DNA from: Planctomycetota bacterium
GTDB taxonomy: Bacteria; Planctomycetota; UBA1135; UBA2386
DNA length: 64,000 bases
Reading direction: 5' to 3'
Assembly: GCA_028281765.1 (NCBI GenBank)
Contig: JANQJF010000024.1
Location: 9,883-73,882 of the forward strand
In this document: positions 8,748 to 18,981 of the stretch, piece by piece
Position numbering within the stretch: position 1 is the stretch's first letter
Layout: each line of letters starts with the position of its first letter
Translations under genes and position numbers: made by a program
The notes under the pieces: model-generated
What the model was told of the DNA's origin: nothing
Databases searched by the model: none
The model's input: the letters and a program-made list of their open reading frames with translations, nothing else

Positions 8748-11345
8748 CTATCGCATCCCGTTCGCGGTCGTGCGCACGTGTTCCTTGGTGAACGTGCCAC
8801 GCACGCTCACGCCGGATCCGGAGACCTCGAACACCTGATCCGTGCCATCGAGGTTCGCGGTTTCGCGATCGAACTCCTCGAACCGCGCGAGGTACCACTT
8901 CACGGAGTAGCGCCCCGTCATCGGCACGCGCACGGTCGCCGATCCGGTGTCGTCGATCCGCGTGCGGCTCGCGCGGTACCAGGGCAGCGCGCCTCCGGAC
9001 ATCGTGCTCGTTCGGTTGCGGCTGCGTAGCTGCACCCAGTTCGAGCCCGCGCGCTCGGGCGCGACGGGGCGCACTTCGGCCTCGAACCGCATCCCCGTCG
9101 GCGGCACGACTCCGGCCGGAGCCTGCACGGTGACATCGAACCCGGCTTCCAACGTGATCGTATCCCCGTCCTTCACGCCGTTCACGACCTTGCGCTGATA
9201 CCCATCGGCGTAGATCAGAACGTCGATCCGTTCGTCAGTCGCGATCCAGGATGCACGACCCGCGTCGAGGAAGCCGCCCTCGAAGCGCGACTGCTCGTCG
9301 CCGCCACGCAAGCGAACCGCGGCCCCCTCGCGCACGGGTCGACCGTCGATGCCGATCACGCGGACCTCGATGCGGTGGAGCTGCCCGCTCAGGTCGAGAT
9401 CGTTCAGCACGGTTTCGTCCCCCGCGACGACGCGTACGCCCGACTCGACATGCACCGGTTCGGGGTCTCCGAACACGTAGTAGCGCACGTCGTACGTTCC
9501 CGGCAGCAGCTCCTCGAACGCGAACGCGCCGTCCTGCCCAGGCTCGGTGTCCGGCGGGTCTCGCTCTTCTTCCGAGTCTTGCCCGTGCCGATGGGCCTCG
9601 ATGCGGAAGTGGCGCCGGCTTCCGATGTCACCCGCGAGAATGCGGCCACGCACGGTCCCCGCGCGCTCCATCATGATGCGCAATTCGCCCGCCCCCGTCG
9701 AAAACTCGAAGCGAACGACCGGCAGGTAGCCGGCGGCGCTGACGTCCACCGCGTACGCACCGGGCTGCACGTCGCCGTGGATCGTGAACGCGCCCTCGTC
9801 GTCGGTCTCGCGGCGGTCGACGTCGGTGTGCTCCCAATGCGCGTCTTCCTTGAACCACAGCGTGATCCCCGCGTCGGCGATCGGCTCGCCATCGGCGTTC
9901 ACGACGGTCCCCGCGCAGATCAACGGCGGCGGTCGCATCACGAGCACGCCGACATCGATCTCGCCCGGGTGGATTCGCGGCAGCTCGAACTTCAACGTGC
10001 GCACAGGGTCCCCTTGATGCGTCAGCTGCAAGGACCGCTCGGCCTTCGCGCTCATGCCGTCGTCGAGCTCGAGGTAGATCTTGGCATCGGCGTCGGTCGA
10101 CGTGTTGAAACTCGAGCTCGACGACGAGAAGTTCTCACTCGCGCGCATCTGAGCATCGAGCTTCACCGACCGGAGCGGCTCCCCGCGCTCGTCGTGCAGC
10201 TCCGCGATCAGCACCGGCGTTTTGCCGACCATCGGAACGCGAATCGTCACGCGTTGATCGGCCGCGACGGGTCCCGGCGCCTCGATCTCCACCGTGACGT
10301 TGCCGCCCTCCAGACGCCCCATGACCCCGAGATTGAGACCGACGCCGACGAAGTCGAAGGTCGCGCGCCCGTCCTTTGCGGCGCGTTCCGCATGGCTCCG
10401 CGTGTCGCCGTGCTCGGGCTCGTCGAAGTTGCGCAGGCGCACGCGCGCCCCTTCGAGTCGCTTCGGATCGGGGTGCTCGAGAATGACCTCGACCACGCCC
10501 GTCGGCGGCAGCGTCAGCTCGATCGGCTCCTCCGGCGGCTGCGCGAGGTCGACCTCGACGGACGCCGGCTCGGGAAGCGGAAGCGCGACGACGACCTTGC
10601 CGGTGCGCTGTCCCATGTCGAACACGTAGTCGCTCCACGTCGCCAGTCCGTCGTCACCCGTCTCGGCCATCCACGAGTCGCGCCAGTAGCCGTCGTGCTG
10701 CGCACCGAGACGCATCGGCACACGCGGCACAGGTTGTCCCGCGATGTCGAGAACCCGCACGCGAATCGCGCGCGGTTCGTGCAGCTCGAGCACGGTGTCC
10801 GGACCGAGTTCTCCGCGCAGCCTCAGCGTGCCGATCTTGCCGTCGTGCCGACACGCGACGCCACCGTCGCCAAACGCGCGCGGCAGGAGCACCTCTCCGT
10901 CGGGATTGCTGCGCCGCTTCTGCCCGACCCGCGACAACACCTCGAACAGTCGCTCTCGCGAGCCCCGCGACCGACCGAGCTCACGCTGGGTGTCGCCGTC
11001 GAGACTCGCGACGCGCACGAAGTACACGAGCGCACCCGCGACGGGCTCGCGAGTGAGGCCGTCGATCACGCGAACGGCGACCGACTTGGCCGGATCGACC
11101 GGCGTTTCCGCGTCCCGACTCTCGACGTCGACGCGTTCGGAACGACCCACCTCCCGCTCATTGTCGGACTCGACAACCGGAAAGCTCCCGGTCGCCGCGT
11201 CCGGGTCCTCGACGCCGTCTGCCGCCACGGGCGAATCCGCAGCGGTCGGCGCACCCGTCGCGTCGGCCCACGGCTGCCAGAGCAGGACCCCGACGGTCAG
11301 CAGTGCGACGACGAGAGCGGCAGTGACGAGTCGTTGAGCGTTCAT
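8748..11345 (-). CDS. Membrane-anchored protein with carboxypeptidase-regulatory-like (transthyretin-fold) repeats
   Basis: N-terminal TM; repeats GTVVNADGEPIADA, TDDEGAF, VSAAGYLP, LLPGTYDV. Confidence 0.8.
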   Translation of the reverse strand: MNAQRLVTAALVVALLTVGVLLWQPWADATGAPTAADSPVAADGVEDPDAATGSFPVVESDNEREVGRSERVDVESRDAETPVDPAKSVAVRVIDGLTREPVAGALVYFVRVASLDGDTQRELGRSRGSRERLFEVLSRVGQKRRSNPDGEVLLPRAFGDGGVACRHDGKIGTLRLRGELGPDTVLELHEPRAIRVRVLDIAGQPVPRVPMRLGAQHDGYWRDSWMAETGDDGLATWSDYVFDMGQRTGKVVVALPLPEPASVEVDLAQPPEEPIELTLPPTGVVEVILEHPDPKRLEGARVRLRNFDEPEHGDTRSHAERAAKDGRATFDFVGVGLNLGVMGRLEGGNVTVEIEAPGPVAADQRVTIRVPMVGKTPVLIAELHDERGEPLRSVKLDAQMRASENFSSSSSSFNTSTDADAKIYLELDDGMSAKAERSLQLTHQGDPVRTLKFELPRIHPGEIDVGVLVMRPPPLICAGTVVNADGEPIADAGITLWFKEDAHWEHTDVDRRETDDEGAFTIHGDVQPGAYAVDVSAAGYLPVVRFEFSTGAGELRIMMERAGTVRGRILAGDIGSRRHFRIEAHRHGQDSEEERDPPDTEPGQDGAFAFEELLPGTYDVRYYVFGDPEPVHVESGVRVVAGDETVLNDLDLSGQLHRIEVRVIGIDGRPVREGAAVRLRGGDEQSRFEGGFLDAGRASWIATDERIDVLIYADGYQRKVVNGVKDGDTITLEAGFDVTVQAPAGVVPPTGMRFEAEVRPVAPERAGSNWVQLRSRNRTSTMSGGALPWYRASRTRIDDTGSATVRVPMTGRYSVKWYLARFEEFDRETANLDGTDQVFEVSGSGVSVRGTFTKEHVRTTANGMR

Positions 11346-11392
11346 CGGCAACCTCCGGTTCGAGGTGCCGACGATACCACTCGGAGAGCGCG

Positions 11393-13909
11393 CTACGGCT
11401 GCACTTCGAGCATGAGACCCGACGACGACGCGAGGCCGAACGCGCCGCACGGATCGATCCAGACGAACTGAGTCGCAAAGCTCTGCCCGGCCAGGCCCGG
11501 ATCGTTCGCGATCGCGAGGCTCAGCGTCGCGCCACCGTGCGGATCCGCACTGACCGGGATCGACGCGAATACCGTCGAGACGTCGACCCAAAGGTCGATT
11601 CCGAGCACGTTCACCGGAGATGCCGCGGGGGCGAGCGCGAAGAACAACGACCCGGAAGCTCCCGCCTGCGCTGCCGTGCACGTCACTGCGAAGTCCGTGT
11701 TGCCGACCTGCGGCGCGGCTCGCGTGCCGGGAACGGCGCCGCCAGCACAGCCGGGAGTCGGCGCCCCAAACCGCTCGCAGCCGACGGCGAGGAGCGCGAT
11801 CCGCGCGAGGAACGCATCGCCGCCACCGTTCGGGGTGGGATCGAACGCGTTCGGTGTCGTCGGCGAGAAGATCGTGAACGCCGTCCCGGTGAGAACGAGG
11901 TCACCGCTCGGATGCAGGGCACTCGACTCGACACGCTCGTCCCAATCGCCGCCCAAGAACGACGACGCGAGCAGCGTCGAACCGTCCGCGGAGAGCTCGG
12001 ACAGACAGACGTCATCTCCGTTTGGGCCACGCACGGTATCGAACGCGCCCTCGGTCAGCGGATAGTCGTCGGAGCCGGTGTAGCCCACCGCCACGACCCG
12101 CCCGCCACCGATCGCTTCGATGCCCCGAGCGTATTCGTCCAGCGCGCCGCCGAGCATCGTCGACCACGCGACCTGCGTCCCGTCCGCGGACAGCCGCGTC
12201 ACGAACAGGTCTCGTCCACCGTTGTGCGTTTCGTCGTACGCACCCGGAGTCACGGGGAACCCCGGCGCGCGGGTCTCGCCGACGACGGTCATCGAGCCGT
12301 CCGGTTCGAACGCAAGCGCTTCGGCGCGTTCGTCTCCAGGCCCACCGAGATAGGTGCAGAACGTCAGCGTGCTCCCAGTGGCATCGATGCCCGCCACGTA
12401 CGCATCCGCGTACAACCCGGGCCCACCGTTGAACGTCTCGTCGAACGCACCCGGGGTCGTGTCCAGATCCGTCGAATCCGTCGCGCCGGCGAAGACCACG
12501 CCGTTCTGGTCATCGAGCTCGAGCGCCAACGCGTACTCCTCGCCATCTCCGCCGAACAGCGTCGAGAACACCAGAGACGAACCCGTCGGATCCAGACGCG
12601 TGATGAACAAGTCCGAGTGCCCGATCGGATGCATCGCCGTCTTGTACGCGCCAGGCGTGACCGGATACTGCAGCGAGTGCGTGTGCCCCGCGACCGTGAC
12701 CTCGCCGTTGGCGCCGATCGCGAGCGAGTTCGGCCACTCGGTATCCGCGCCGCCGACGAACGTCGAGTAGACGAGAGAGCTGCCATCCGCACTCAATCGA
12801 CTCACGCAGACGTCACCGCCGATGAGTTGCGGCGGCCCGTTGCCGTTGTGAGTCGTGTCGTAGGCGCCGGCCGTCACCGGAAAGTCGGTCGACCTCGACC
12901 ACCCCGCGACGATCACGTCGCCCCCCGGGGCAAGGCGGATCGCGGACAGTGAGTCGTTGTCCGTTCCGCCGAGGAACGTCGCGAACTCGAGCTGACCTTC
13001 GGCATCGAATCGTGCCACGTAGTAGTCCCCCACGGTGAACGGGTTCGCGCCGACACCATTGAACGACTCGTCGAACGCTCCCGTCGTTGTAGGAGTATCC
13101 GCGGACGCGGAGTTGCCGCCGGTCACGATGGCGCCGTCGCTCGTCGTGACGACGGAGTAACCACGGTCGAGAGCTGCCCCACCGAAATAGGTGAACCACT
13201 GGATCTGCGGATCGATCGTCAGACGACCGGCCGCCACGGGTTCGGCTTCGAATCCGAGACGCCGCTCGTCGAGCAGCACGAAGTCGCATTCGACCGGAGC
13301 CCGTGACCCGTCCGGCGCGTCCACCCAAGACGTGGGCCGCGGCTGGCGAACCGTTCCGTGCTCGGTCTCGAACTCGAGCGCACCGTCGACCGGATCGACG
13401 CGCAACGCGTGCGCACCGTCGAGCCGGCACACGATCGACTCGATGTCGGCATCGGGCGCGAGGACGAAATCATATTCGAAACGACTGCCGCCACCCCGAC
13501 GGAAGACGACGTCCACGCCGGGATACATCTCATGGGCGACCGTGGCCGCGAACACGCGCACGTGCGTCGCCCATCGCTTCTCGTCACCGACGAAGAAGTG
13601 GCACCGCGCCCCCGTGTCGTCCACCCCTTCGAATCGAGGCGAATGCGCACCCTCGAACTGCATGCGCACCCGGTCTCGACCCGACAGCGTCATGCCGACG
13701 CAATCCTCGCCGACCGCAAGGTCGACATCCTCGAAGCGTGCCGCGAACCGCACGTCGGCGTCCCACTGGCCGGCGTTCTCGACGAAGCCGGTGACAGGGC
13801 CGAGAAACGAACCGCGAGCGGCGGGACGGGCATCGAGTCCGCCGTCACGCATCGTCACGGGGACGAGCAACGCAGTCACGAGGAACAGAGCGAACGCAAA
13901 CCGATTCAT
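11393..13909 (-). CDS. Secreted SBBP/beta-propeller repeat protein with shared C-terminal domain
   Basis: FVENAGQW, YPGVDVVF, FEYDFVLAP, repeated STDFPVTAGAYD..GSSLVYSTF.GG units. Confidence 0.85.
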   Translation of the reverse strand: MNRFAFALFLVTALLVPVTMRDGGLDARPAARGSFLGPVTGFVENAGQWDADVRFAARFEDVDLAVGEDCVGMTLSGRDRVRMQFEGAHSPRFEGVDDTGARCHFFVGDEKRWATHVRVFAATVAHEMYPGVDVVFRRGGGSRFEYDFVLAPDADIESIVCRLDGAHALRVDPVDGALEFETEHGTVRQPRPTSWVDAPDGSRAPVECDFVLLDERRLGFEAEPVAAGRLTIDPQIQWFTYFGGAALDRGYSVVTTSDGAIVTGGNSASADTPTTTGAFDESFNGVGANPFTVGDYYVARFDAEGQLEFATFLGGTDNDSLSAIRLAPGGDVIVAGWSRSTDFPVTAGAYDTTHNGNGPPQLIGGDVCVSRLSADGSSLVYSTFVGGADTEWPNSLAIGANGEVTVAGHTHSLQYPVTPGAYKTAMHPIGHSDLFITRLDPTGSSLVFSTLFGGDGEEYALALELDDQNGVVFAGATDSTDLDTTPGAFDETFNGGPGLYADAYVAGIDATGSTLTFCTYLGGPGDERAEALAFEPDGSMTVVGETRAPGFPVTPGAYDETHNGGRDLFVTRLSADGTQVAWSTMLGGALDEYARGIEAIGGGRVVAVGYTGSDDYPLTEGAFDTVRGPNGDDVCLSELSADGSTLLASSFLGGDWDERVESSALHPSGDLVLTGTAFTIFSPTTPNAFDPTPNGGGDAFLARIALLAVGCERFGAPTPGCAGGAVPGTRAAPQVGNTDFAVTCTAAQAGASGSLFFALAPAASPVNVLGIDLWVDVSTVFASIPVSADPHGGATLSLAIANDPGLAGQSFATQFVWIDPCGAFGLASSSGLMLEVQP

Positions 13910-14039
13910 GGGCCTCCGATCCGGGCGAGGTGCTGAACTCCGGTCTCGATGCTAGCGCGATCGAGAGTCGCGTGCCGACATTCCGGCATCCTTTACCCGC
14001 CCTCGCAAGCCTGGCGGGAATCGGATACGAACTCGGACC

Positions 14040-14393
14040 ATGGACGACGCCCACCCGACCGTCTTTCATCTCGCTCGTTCGATCGAATGGGACGCAGCCC
14101 AGCAGACCGGCACCTATTCCGGCTCGGTCGAAGATCGCGCCGACGGTTTCCTCCACTTCTCGACGTCCGAACAGATCGTCGAGAGCGCGGCGCGACACCG
14201 TGCCGGCGAAGCCGACCTCGTGCTGCTCGAGGTCACGACGGAAGCGCTCGGCGAAGCGCTTCGGTGGGAAGAGTCACGCGGCGGCGCGCTCTTCCCGCAC
14301 CTCTACGGCGACCTGTCCGTGAGCGTCGTCGTGCGCGCCACGCCGCTGCCACTCGACGAGAGCGACAAGCACGTGTTCCCGTCGCTCGGCTGA
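14040..14393 (+). CDS. DUF952 family protein
   Basis: DRADGFLHFST, LRWEESRGGALFPHLYG. Confidence 0.9.
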   Translation: MDDAHPTVFHLARSIEWDAAQQTGTYSGSVEDRADGFLHFSTSEQIVESAARHRAGEADLVLLEVTTEALGEALRWEESRGGALFPHLYGDLSVSVVVRATPLPLDESDKHVFPSLG

Positions 14394-14400
14394 GCCCCAC

Positions 14401-14892
14401 TCAGTGCAGTCCGAACAGCTGCGCACCGACCAGCGCCAGCCCCGCCCAGACTCCGGCCGCAACGTCGTCGAGCATGATGCCCCAGGCGCCGGGGAACTCC
14501 TCGAGTCGCTTCGCGGGCTGCAGCTTCACGATGTCGAACAGCCGGAAGAACGCGAAGCAGAGCGCCCAGCCGACCGGGGTCAGGGCGCCGGTCCACGCGA
14601 AGTAGATCGCGGCCGCGACGAAGAATCCGACGACCTCGTCGAGCACGAACGCCCCGGGGTCCTTGCGCTGGAACACGCGATCGCTGAACTCCGTCTGCAG
14701 GCAGCCGAACAGCAGCAACACGACCGACAAGGCCCAGAGCGTGATCGCGGCCGTCTGCGTTTCGCACGCGTAGCCGATCCAGACGGCCGGCACGACTCCG
14801 GCCAGCGTGCCGAACGTTCCGGGCGCGACCGGCGCGAGCCCGAGACCGAATCCGGTGATCAACAGGAATCGGAGCCGGTCGAGGACGCTCAT
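14401..14892 (-). CDS. pgpA: Phosphatidylglycerophosphatase A
   Basis: APVAPGTFGT, KDPGAFVLDEVVG, FRLFDIVK, GIMLDDVAAG. Confidence 0.92.
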   Translation of the reverse strand: MSVLDRLRFLLITGFGLGLAPVAPGTFGTLAGVVPAVWIGYACETQTAAITLWALSVVLLLFGCLQTEFSDRVFQRKDPGAFVLDEVVGFFVAAAIYFAWTGALTPVGWALCFAFFRLFDIVKLQPAKRLEEFPGAWGIMLDDVAAGVWAGLALVGAQLFGLH

Positions 14893-15458
14893 AGCTCCTG
14901 GAACAGCAGCGACCGCGCCTTCCAGACGTAGCCGATGCCCGAGATCACGGTCAGCACGAGCGTGACCCACATGCCCCACTCACACACGATCAGGAACATC
15001 TCGGTGCCGGCGATGTAGGACAGCATCGCGGCGGCGGTCGCGCACTGGGCGACCATCTTCCACTTGCCGAGGCGATCCGCCGGGAACGCCATCCCCGCCG
15101 ACTCCGCCGCGCCGCGAATCGTCGTGACGAGCAGCTCGCGGCCGACGAGCACGACGACGAACCACGCTGGCAGCATCGTCTCGAGCAGCGGATAGCTCAA
15201 CAGCAGGATGAACGTGCCGCAGATCAGCACCTTGTCGGCAAACGGATCGACGATGCGACCGAACATCGACACCTGATCGAACTTGCGCGCGAGGTAGCCG
15301 TCCACGAAGTCCGTGCACGCGGCGAACAAGAACATCCCGAACGCCCACCACGCGAGATTCCCCTGCGGGTGCATCGGGTCGGCGATGAGTTCCATGCACA
15401 GGAACACCGCGATCGTGATCACGAGCCGGGCGAGCGTGATCGCGTTCGGCACGTTCAC
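14889..15458 (-). CDS. pgsA: CDP-diacylglycerol--glycerol-3-phosphate 3-phosphatidyltransferase
   Basis: NVPNAITLAR, TDFVDGYLARK..FGRIVDPFADK, GKWKMVAQ; GTG start overlaps rimO stop. Confidence 0.92.
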   Translation of the reverse strand: MNVPNAITLARLVITIAVFLCMELIADPMHPQGNLAWWAFGMFLFAACTDFVDGYLARKFDQVSMFGRIVDPFADKVLICGTFILLLSYPLLETMLPAWFVVVLVGRELLVTTIRGAAESAGMAFPADRLGKWKMVAQCATAAAMLSYIAGTEMFLIVCEWGMWVTLVLTVISGIGYVWKARSLLFQEL

Positions 15459-16816
15459 GAATCGGCCTCCGCGGATGCCGACGACACGACGAGGTCGTAG
15501 CCGTCGATGGCGCGAACGTCGACCGTGGTGATCGCACCGACCGCGGCCGAATCGAGCGGGAGCTTCGCGATGCAGTCGACTTCCGGCGCGTCCGCCGTCG
15601 TCCGCGCGACGAGGCCGCCGCCCTCGGGATCGTGCCCGTCGACGATCACGTCCATACGCTTCCCGAGCAACGACTGGTTGCGCCGCTCGACGATCCCGCG
15701 CTGGATCTCCATCAGTTCGCCACGACGCGCCTCGGCGACGTCCTCGGCGATCTGGTCCGGCATGTCGAACGCGGGCGTGGTCTCTTCCTGCGAGTAGGTG
15801 AACACGCCCATGCGCTCGAACTGATACTCCGAGACGAATTCCCGCAGCTCTTCGTAGTCCGCTTCGCTCTCGCCGGGGAACCCGACGATGAACGTCGTCC
15901 GCACCGCGATGCCCGGCACTTCGTCGCGCAGGCGCCAGAGGATGTCGCGCACCTGCTTCGATTCGGTGCCGCGCTTCATCGCGCGCAGCATCGGCCCGCT
16001 GATGTGCTGCACCGGGATGTCGAGGTAGGGCACGATCTTCGGGTTCTCGCGCATCACCGTCGTCAGCTCCTGACTGACAGTGTGCGGGTAGGCATACATC
16101 AGCCGGATCCACTCGATGCCGTCGACGGCGGCGAGCTGCTCCAGGAGCAGGTGGATACGGCGCTGGCGATGCGAATCCAGACCGTACGCCGTGCTGTCCT
16201 CTGCGACGACGACGAGCTCGCGCACGCCCTGTGCCGCGAGGTTCTGCGCCTCTTCGACGAGCACGTCCTCGGGCTTGCTGCGGTTGCGTCCGCGCATCGA
16301 CGGAATCGCGCAGAACGCACACTTGTGATCGCAGCCCTCCGAAATGCGGAGGTAGGCGAAGCTCTGCGGCGTGAGCAGAACGCGACCGACGTCCGATCGC
16401 GCCGACTTCGGCTTGCCACCGTCGACGGTCGGCGTGAATCGCGTCTCGCTGCCGTTGACGATGCGGCGGACCAGCTTCGGGATGCCGGAGTAGTCGGTGA
16501 TCCCGAGAATCGCGTCGACCTCGGGTAGCTCCTCGCGCAGGTCGTCCGCGTACCGCTGCGCGAGACAGCCGACGGCAACCACGCCTTTGACGTCACCGCT
16601 CTGCTTGAGCGAGCAGGCGTCGAGGATCGTGTCGATCGACTCCTGCTTGGCGTCTTCGACGAAGCCGCACGTGTTCACGATCACGACATCCGCGTCTTCC
16701 GGTTCGCGCGCGATGGCGAGGCCTTCCTCGGCCACATGGCCGAGCAAGACCTCCGAATCCACGAGATTGCGCGCGCAACCGAGACTGACGAGGGAGACTC
16801 GGATCGCTTCGTTCAA
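15455..16816 (-). CDS. rimO: Ribosomal protein S12 methylthiotransferase
   Basis: SLGCARNLVDSE, NTCGF, radical SAM CDHKCAFC, DAPEVD TRAM tail. Confidence 0.95.
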   Translation of the reverse strand: MNEAIRVSLVSLGCARNLVDSEVLLGHVAEEGLAIAREPEDADVVIVNTCGFVEDAKQESIDTILDACSLKQSGDVKGVVAVGCLAQRYADDLREELPEVDAILGITDYSGIPKLVRRIVNGSETRFTPTVDGGKPKSARSDVGRVLLTPQSFAYLRISEGCDHKCAFCAIPSMRGRNRSKPEDVLVEEAQNLAAQGVRELVVVAEDSTAYGLDSHRQRRIHLLLEQLAAVDGIEWIRLMYAYPHTVSQELTTVMRENPKIVPYLDIPVQHISGPMLRAMKRGTESKQVRDILWRLRDEVPGIAVRTTFIVGFPGESEADYEELREFVSEYQFERMGVFTYSQEETTPAFDMPDQIAEDVAEARRGELMEIQRGIVERRNQSLLGKRMDVIVDGHDPEGGGLVARTTADAPEVDCIAKLPLDSAAVGAITTVDVRAIDGYDLVVSSASAEADS

Positions 16817-16851
16817 ATCACTCCGGCTTCCGGATCATTCAGGCTTCCGGG

Positions 16852-17304
16852 TCATTCCGGCTTGGCCTGAACGACCCACACCTTGGTCTTGGTCTCGACG
16901 TCCGCGTGCAGGTGCACGTCGACATCGAACACGCCGATCTCCTTGAGCGGACTTTCCAGACGAATCGACTTCGGATCGATCGTGAAGCCCTTCTCGCGGA
17001 GCGCGTCGGCGATCTGCGCCGCCGAAACCGAACCGAACAGGTGACCTTCGTCGTTCGCGCGACCTTCGATCGTAACCGAGGCCTCGGCGAGCTTCGCGGC
17101 GAGCTCCTTCAGCGTGTCGACACGCTGACGCTCTTCTGCGAGAGCTTGCTCACGGGCGGCCTCGATCTCTTCGCGGTTCGCCTTCGTGACCGGCACGGCG
17201 TAGCCGAGCGGGAGCAGGAAGTTGCGCGCGTAGCCGGCCTTGACCGTGACGACGTCACCGATGCGGCCGAGCTGGTCGACCGATTGCTTGAGCAGCAGCT
17301 CCAT
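16852..17304 (-). CDS. rplI: 50S ribosomal protein L9
   Basis: LGRIGDVVTVKAGYARNFLLP, GHLFGSV. Confidence 0.97.
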   Translation of the reverse strand: MELLLKQSVDQLGRIGDVVTVKAGYARNFLLPLGYAVPVTKANREEIEAAREQALAEERQRVDTLKELAAKLAEASVTIEGRANDEGHLFGSVSAAQIADALREKGFTIDPKSIRLESPLKEIGVFDVDVHLHADVETKTKVWVVQAKPE

Positions 17305-17594
17305 CAGGACCTCCCGACGTACGGCAGCAGCGCGAGCAGGCGCGCGCGTTTGATCGCGGTCGCGAGCTTGCGCTGGTTCTGACCCGAGAAACCCGTGCGG
17401 CGTCGGCTGACGATCTTGCCGGTCGGCAGCACGTACTTGCTCAGGTAGTCGAGGTTCTTGTACTCGAGCGGCTCCTCGGGATAGACGAGCTTCGCCTTGC
17501 CGAACTTGGAGAACTTGCCGCCGCGACGGCCTCCACCACGACGGCCACCGCGACCGCCTTCGCCACTGTCGTAGCTCTGTTCCGTGCTGCTCAT
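17304..17594 (-). CDS. rpsR: 30S ribosomal protein S18 (cysteine-free form)
   Basis: [40 protein letters not shown]. Confidence 0.97.
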   Translation of the reverse strand: MSSTEQSYDSGEGGRGGRRGGGRRGGKFSKFGKAKLVYPEEPLEYKNLDYLSKYVLPTGKIVSRRRTGFSGQNQRKLATAIKRARLLALLPYVGRS

Positions 17595-18139
17595 GATTCC
17601 TTGGTCTCCTCGTCGGTGCTGTCTTCGGTCGACTCGGCCTTGGCTTCGCCCTCGGCCGCATCACCTTCTGCGCTGGCGTCGGCGTCTTCGGCCTTGGCCT
17701 CCTCGGCCTTGGCTTCGGCGTCACCCTCGCCGTCCTTGGCCTTGTCCTTCGCCTCTTCGGCCGGCGGCTCTTCGACCGCAGCCGGCGCGTCATCCTCGGG
17801 GATCGCGTTGACGTCGAACTCGGCTTCGGGCTGGTGCGCTTCCTCGGGGATCTCTTCGCACACGGTCGTCAGCGAGCGCAGCACCGTTTCGGAGTACTGC
17901 AGTTCTCGGTTGATCGGCACGATGCTTTCCGTCGGCGCATCGTGGTACATCAGCAGATACGTGCCGCGCAGCTGCCCGTTGATCGGGTAGGCGAGACGCC
18001 GTTCGTCCCAGCGCCGCGCGCTGACGATCTTCGCGCCGTGCTTCTCGAACAGGCCGCAAACATCGCTCTTGAGCGCGTCCCAGCCCTTCTTCACCTCCCG
18101 GTTGTCCAGGAGGACCATGGTTTCGTAGGTTCTGTTCAA
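17591..18139 (-). CDS. rpsF: 30S ribosomal protein S6 with acidic tail
   Basis: [23 protein letters not shown]; position before rpsR. Confidence 0.93.
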   Translation of the reverse strand: MNRTYETMVLLDNREVKKGWDALKSDVCGLFEKHGAKIVSARRWDERRLAYPINGQLRGTYLLMYHDAPTESIVPINRELQYSETVLRSLTTVCEEIPEEAHQPEAEFDVNAIPEDDAPAAVEEPPAEEAKDKAKDGEGDAEAKAEEAKAEDADASAEGDAAEGEAKAESTEDSTDEETKES

Positions 18140-18141
18140 AG

Positions 18142-18810
18142 CTATTCTCCGGATGCTCCACCCGAGTCGTCGTCGCCCGCGCCATCCTTTGCCGCAGTCG
18201 CGTCGAACCCGTTGTGAAGCCCCATCAAGGATTCGGTTGGTTCACCACTGAGCCATGCCGACACGATGTCGACGGCCCGATCCAGGACGGGTCCGAGAAC
18301 TTCACGTTCTTCCGGAAGAAAGCGAGCCAGGACGAAATCGACGGTCGAGTCATCCGGCTCCCCGATACCGAGACGGAGACGGGGATACGCCTGGGACATC
18401 AGCGCGGCCTCGATCGACTTGAGGCCGTTGTGTCCCCCCGCGCTCCCCGCCGGCCGGATTCGAAGCCGGCCCAGCGGTAGGTTGAGGTCATCCAAAACTA
18501 CAAAGAGCCGATCCGGCTCGCGTTCGGCGACCCGCAACAGCGGGCCGGCGACATCACCGGACAGGTTGACGTAGGTCAGGGGCTTGATCAGGAGGAAGGA
18601 ATCCTCGCCGATGCGGCCCTCGGCCACGTGCGCTTTGACCTTGCCGCTGAAGAGCTTCTTGCCATCCGGCGATTTGCGCTCCAGGCGACGAAAGGTCAGT
18701 CCCATCCGCGCTGCCAGAAGGTCGAGGACTTCGAACCCGATGTTGTGCCGGGTTCCGTCGTATTCGGCGCCGGGGTTGCCGATGCCCAATACGAAGCGGA
18801 CGTGATCCAT
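18142..18810 (-). CDS. pth: Peptidyl-tRNA hydrolase
   Basis: GIGNPGAEYDGTRHNIGF, KPLTYVNLSG, GSAGGHNGLKSI. Confidence 0.96.
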   Translation of the reverse strand: MDHVRFVLGIGNPGAEYDGTRHNIGFEVLDLLAARMGLTFRRLERKSPDGKKLFSGKVKAHVAEGRIGEDSFLLIKPLTYVNLSGDVAGPLLRVAEREPDRLFVVLDDLNLPLGRLRIRPAGSAGGHNGLKSIEAALMSQAYPRLRLGIGEPDDSTVDFVLARFLPEEREVLGPVLDRAVDIVSAWLSGEPTESLMGLHNGFDATAAKDGAGDDDSGGASGE

Positions 18811-18840
18811 GGCCGTTTGGCGGTGCGGGGAGGGTCGGGA

Positions 18841-18868
18841 AGGGTAGCGGCCGAGGCCCCGGGGTCAA
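18841..18868 (-). promoter_or_regulatory. Putative sigma70 promoter of pth-rpsF-rpsR-rplI
   Basis: TTGACC-N16-TACCCT on minus strand, 30 nt upstream of pth ATG. Confidence 0.55.
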
Positions 18869-18981
18869 CGGCTGGAGCAGGGTAATTCGCCTGACCGGCG
18901 CGTTTTGGCGGGTCGAGCCCCCCCCGGTCCCCGGCGTTCGGGGTGCGCCAGACTGGGGCCTCCCCACCAGAGCTTGCGGAT

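Noticed and set aside
14889-17793. Long ORF-track versions of pgsA (477 aa) and rplI (313 aa)
   Set aside because: The extensions overlap rimO and rpsR/rpsF in other frames; conserved starts are 15458 and 17304.
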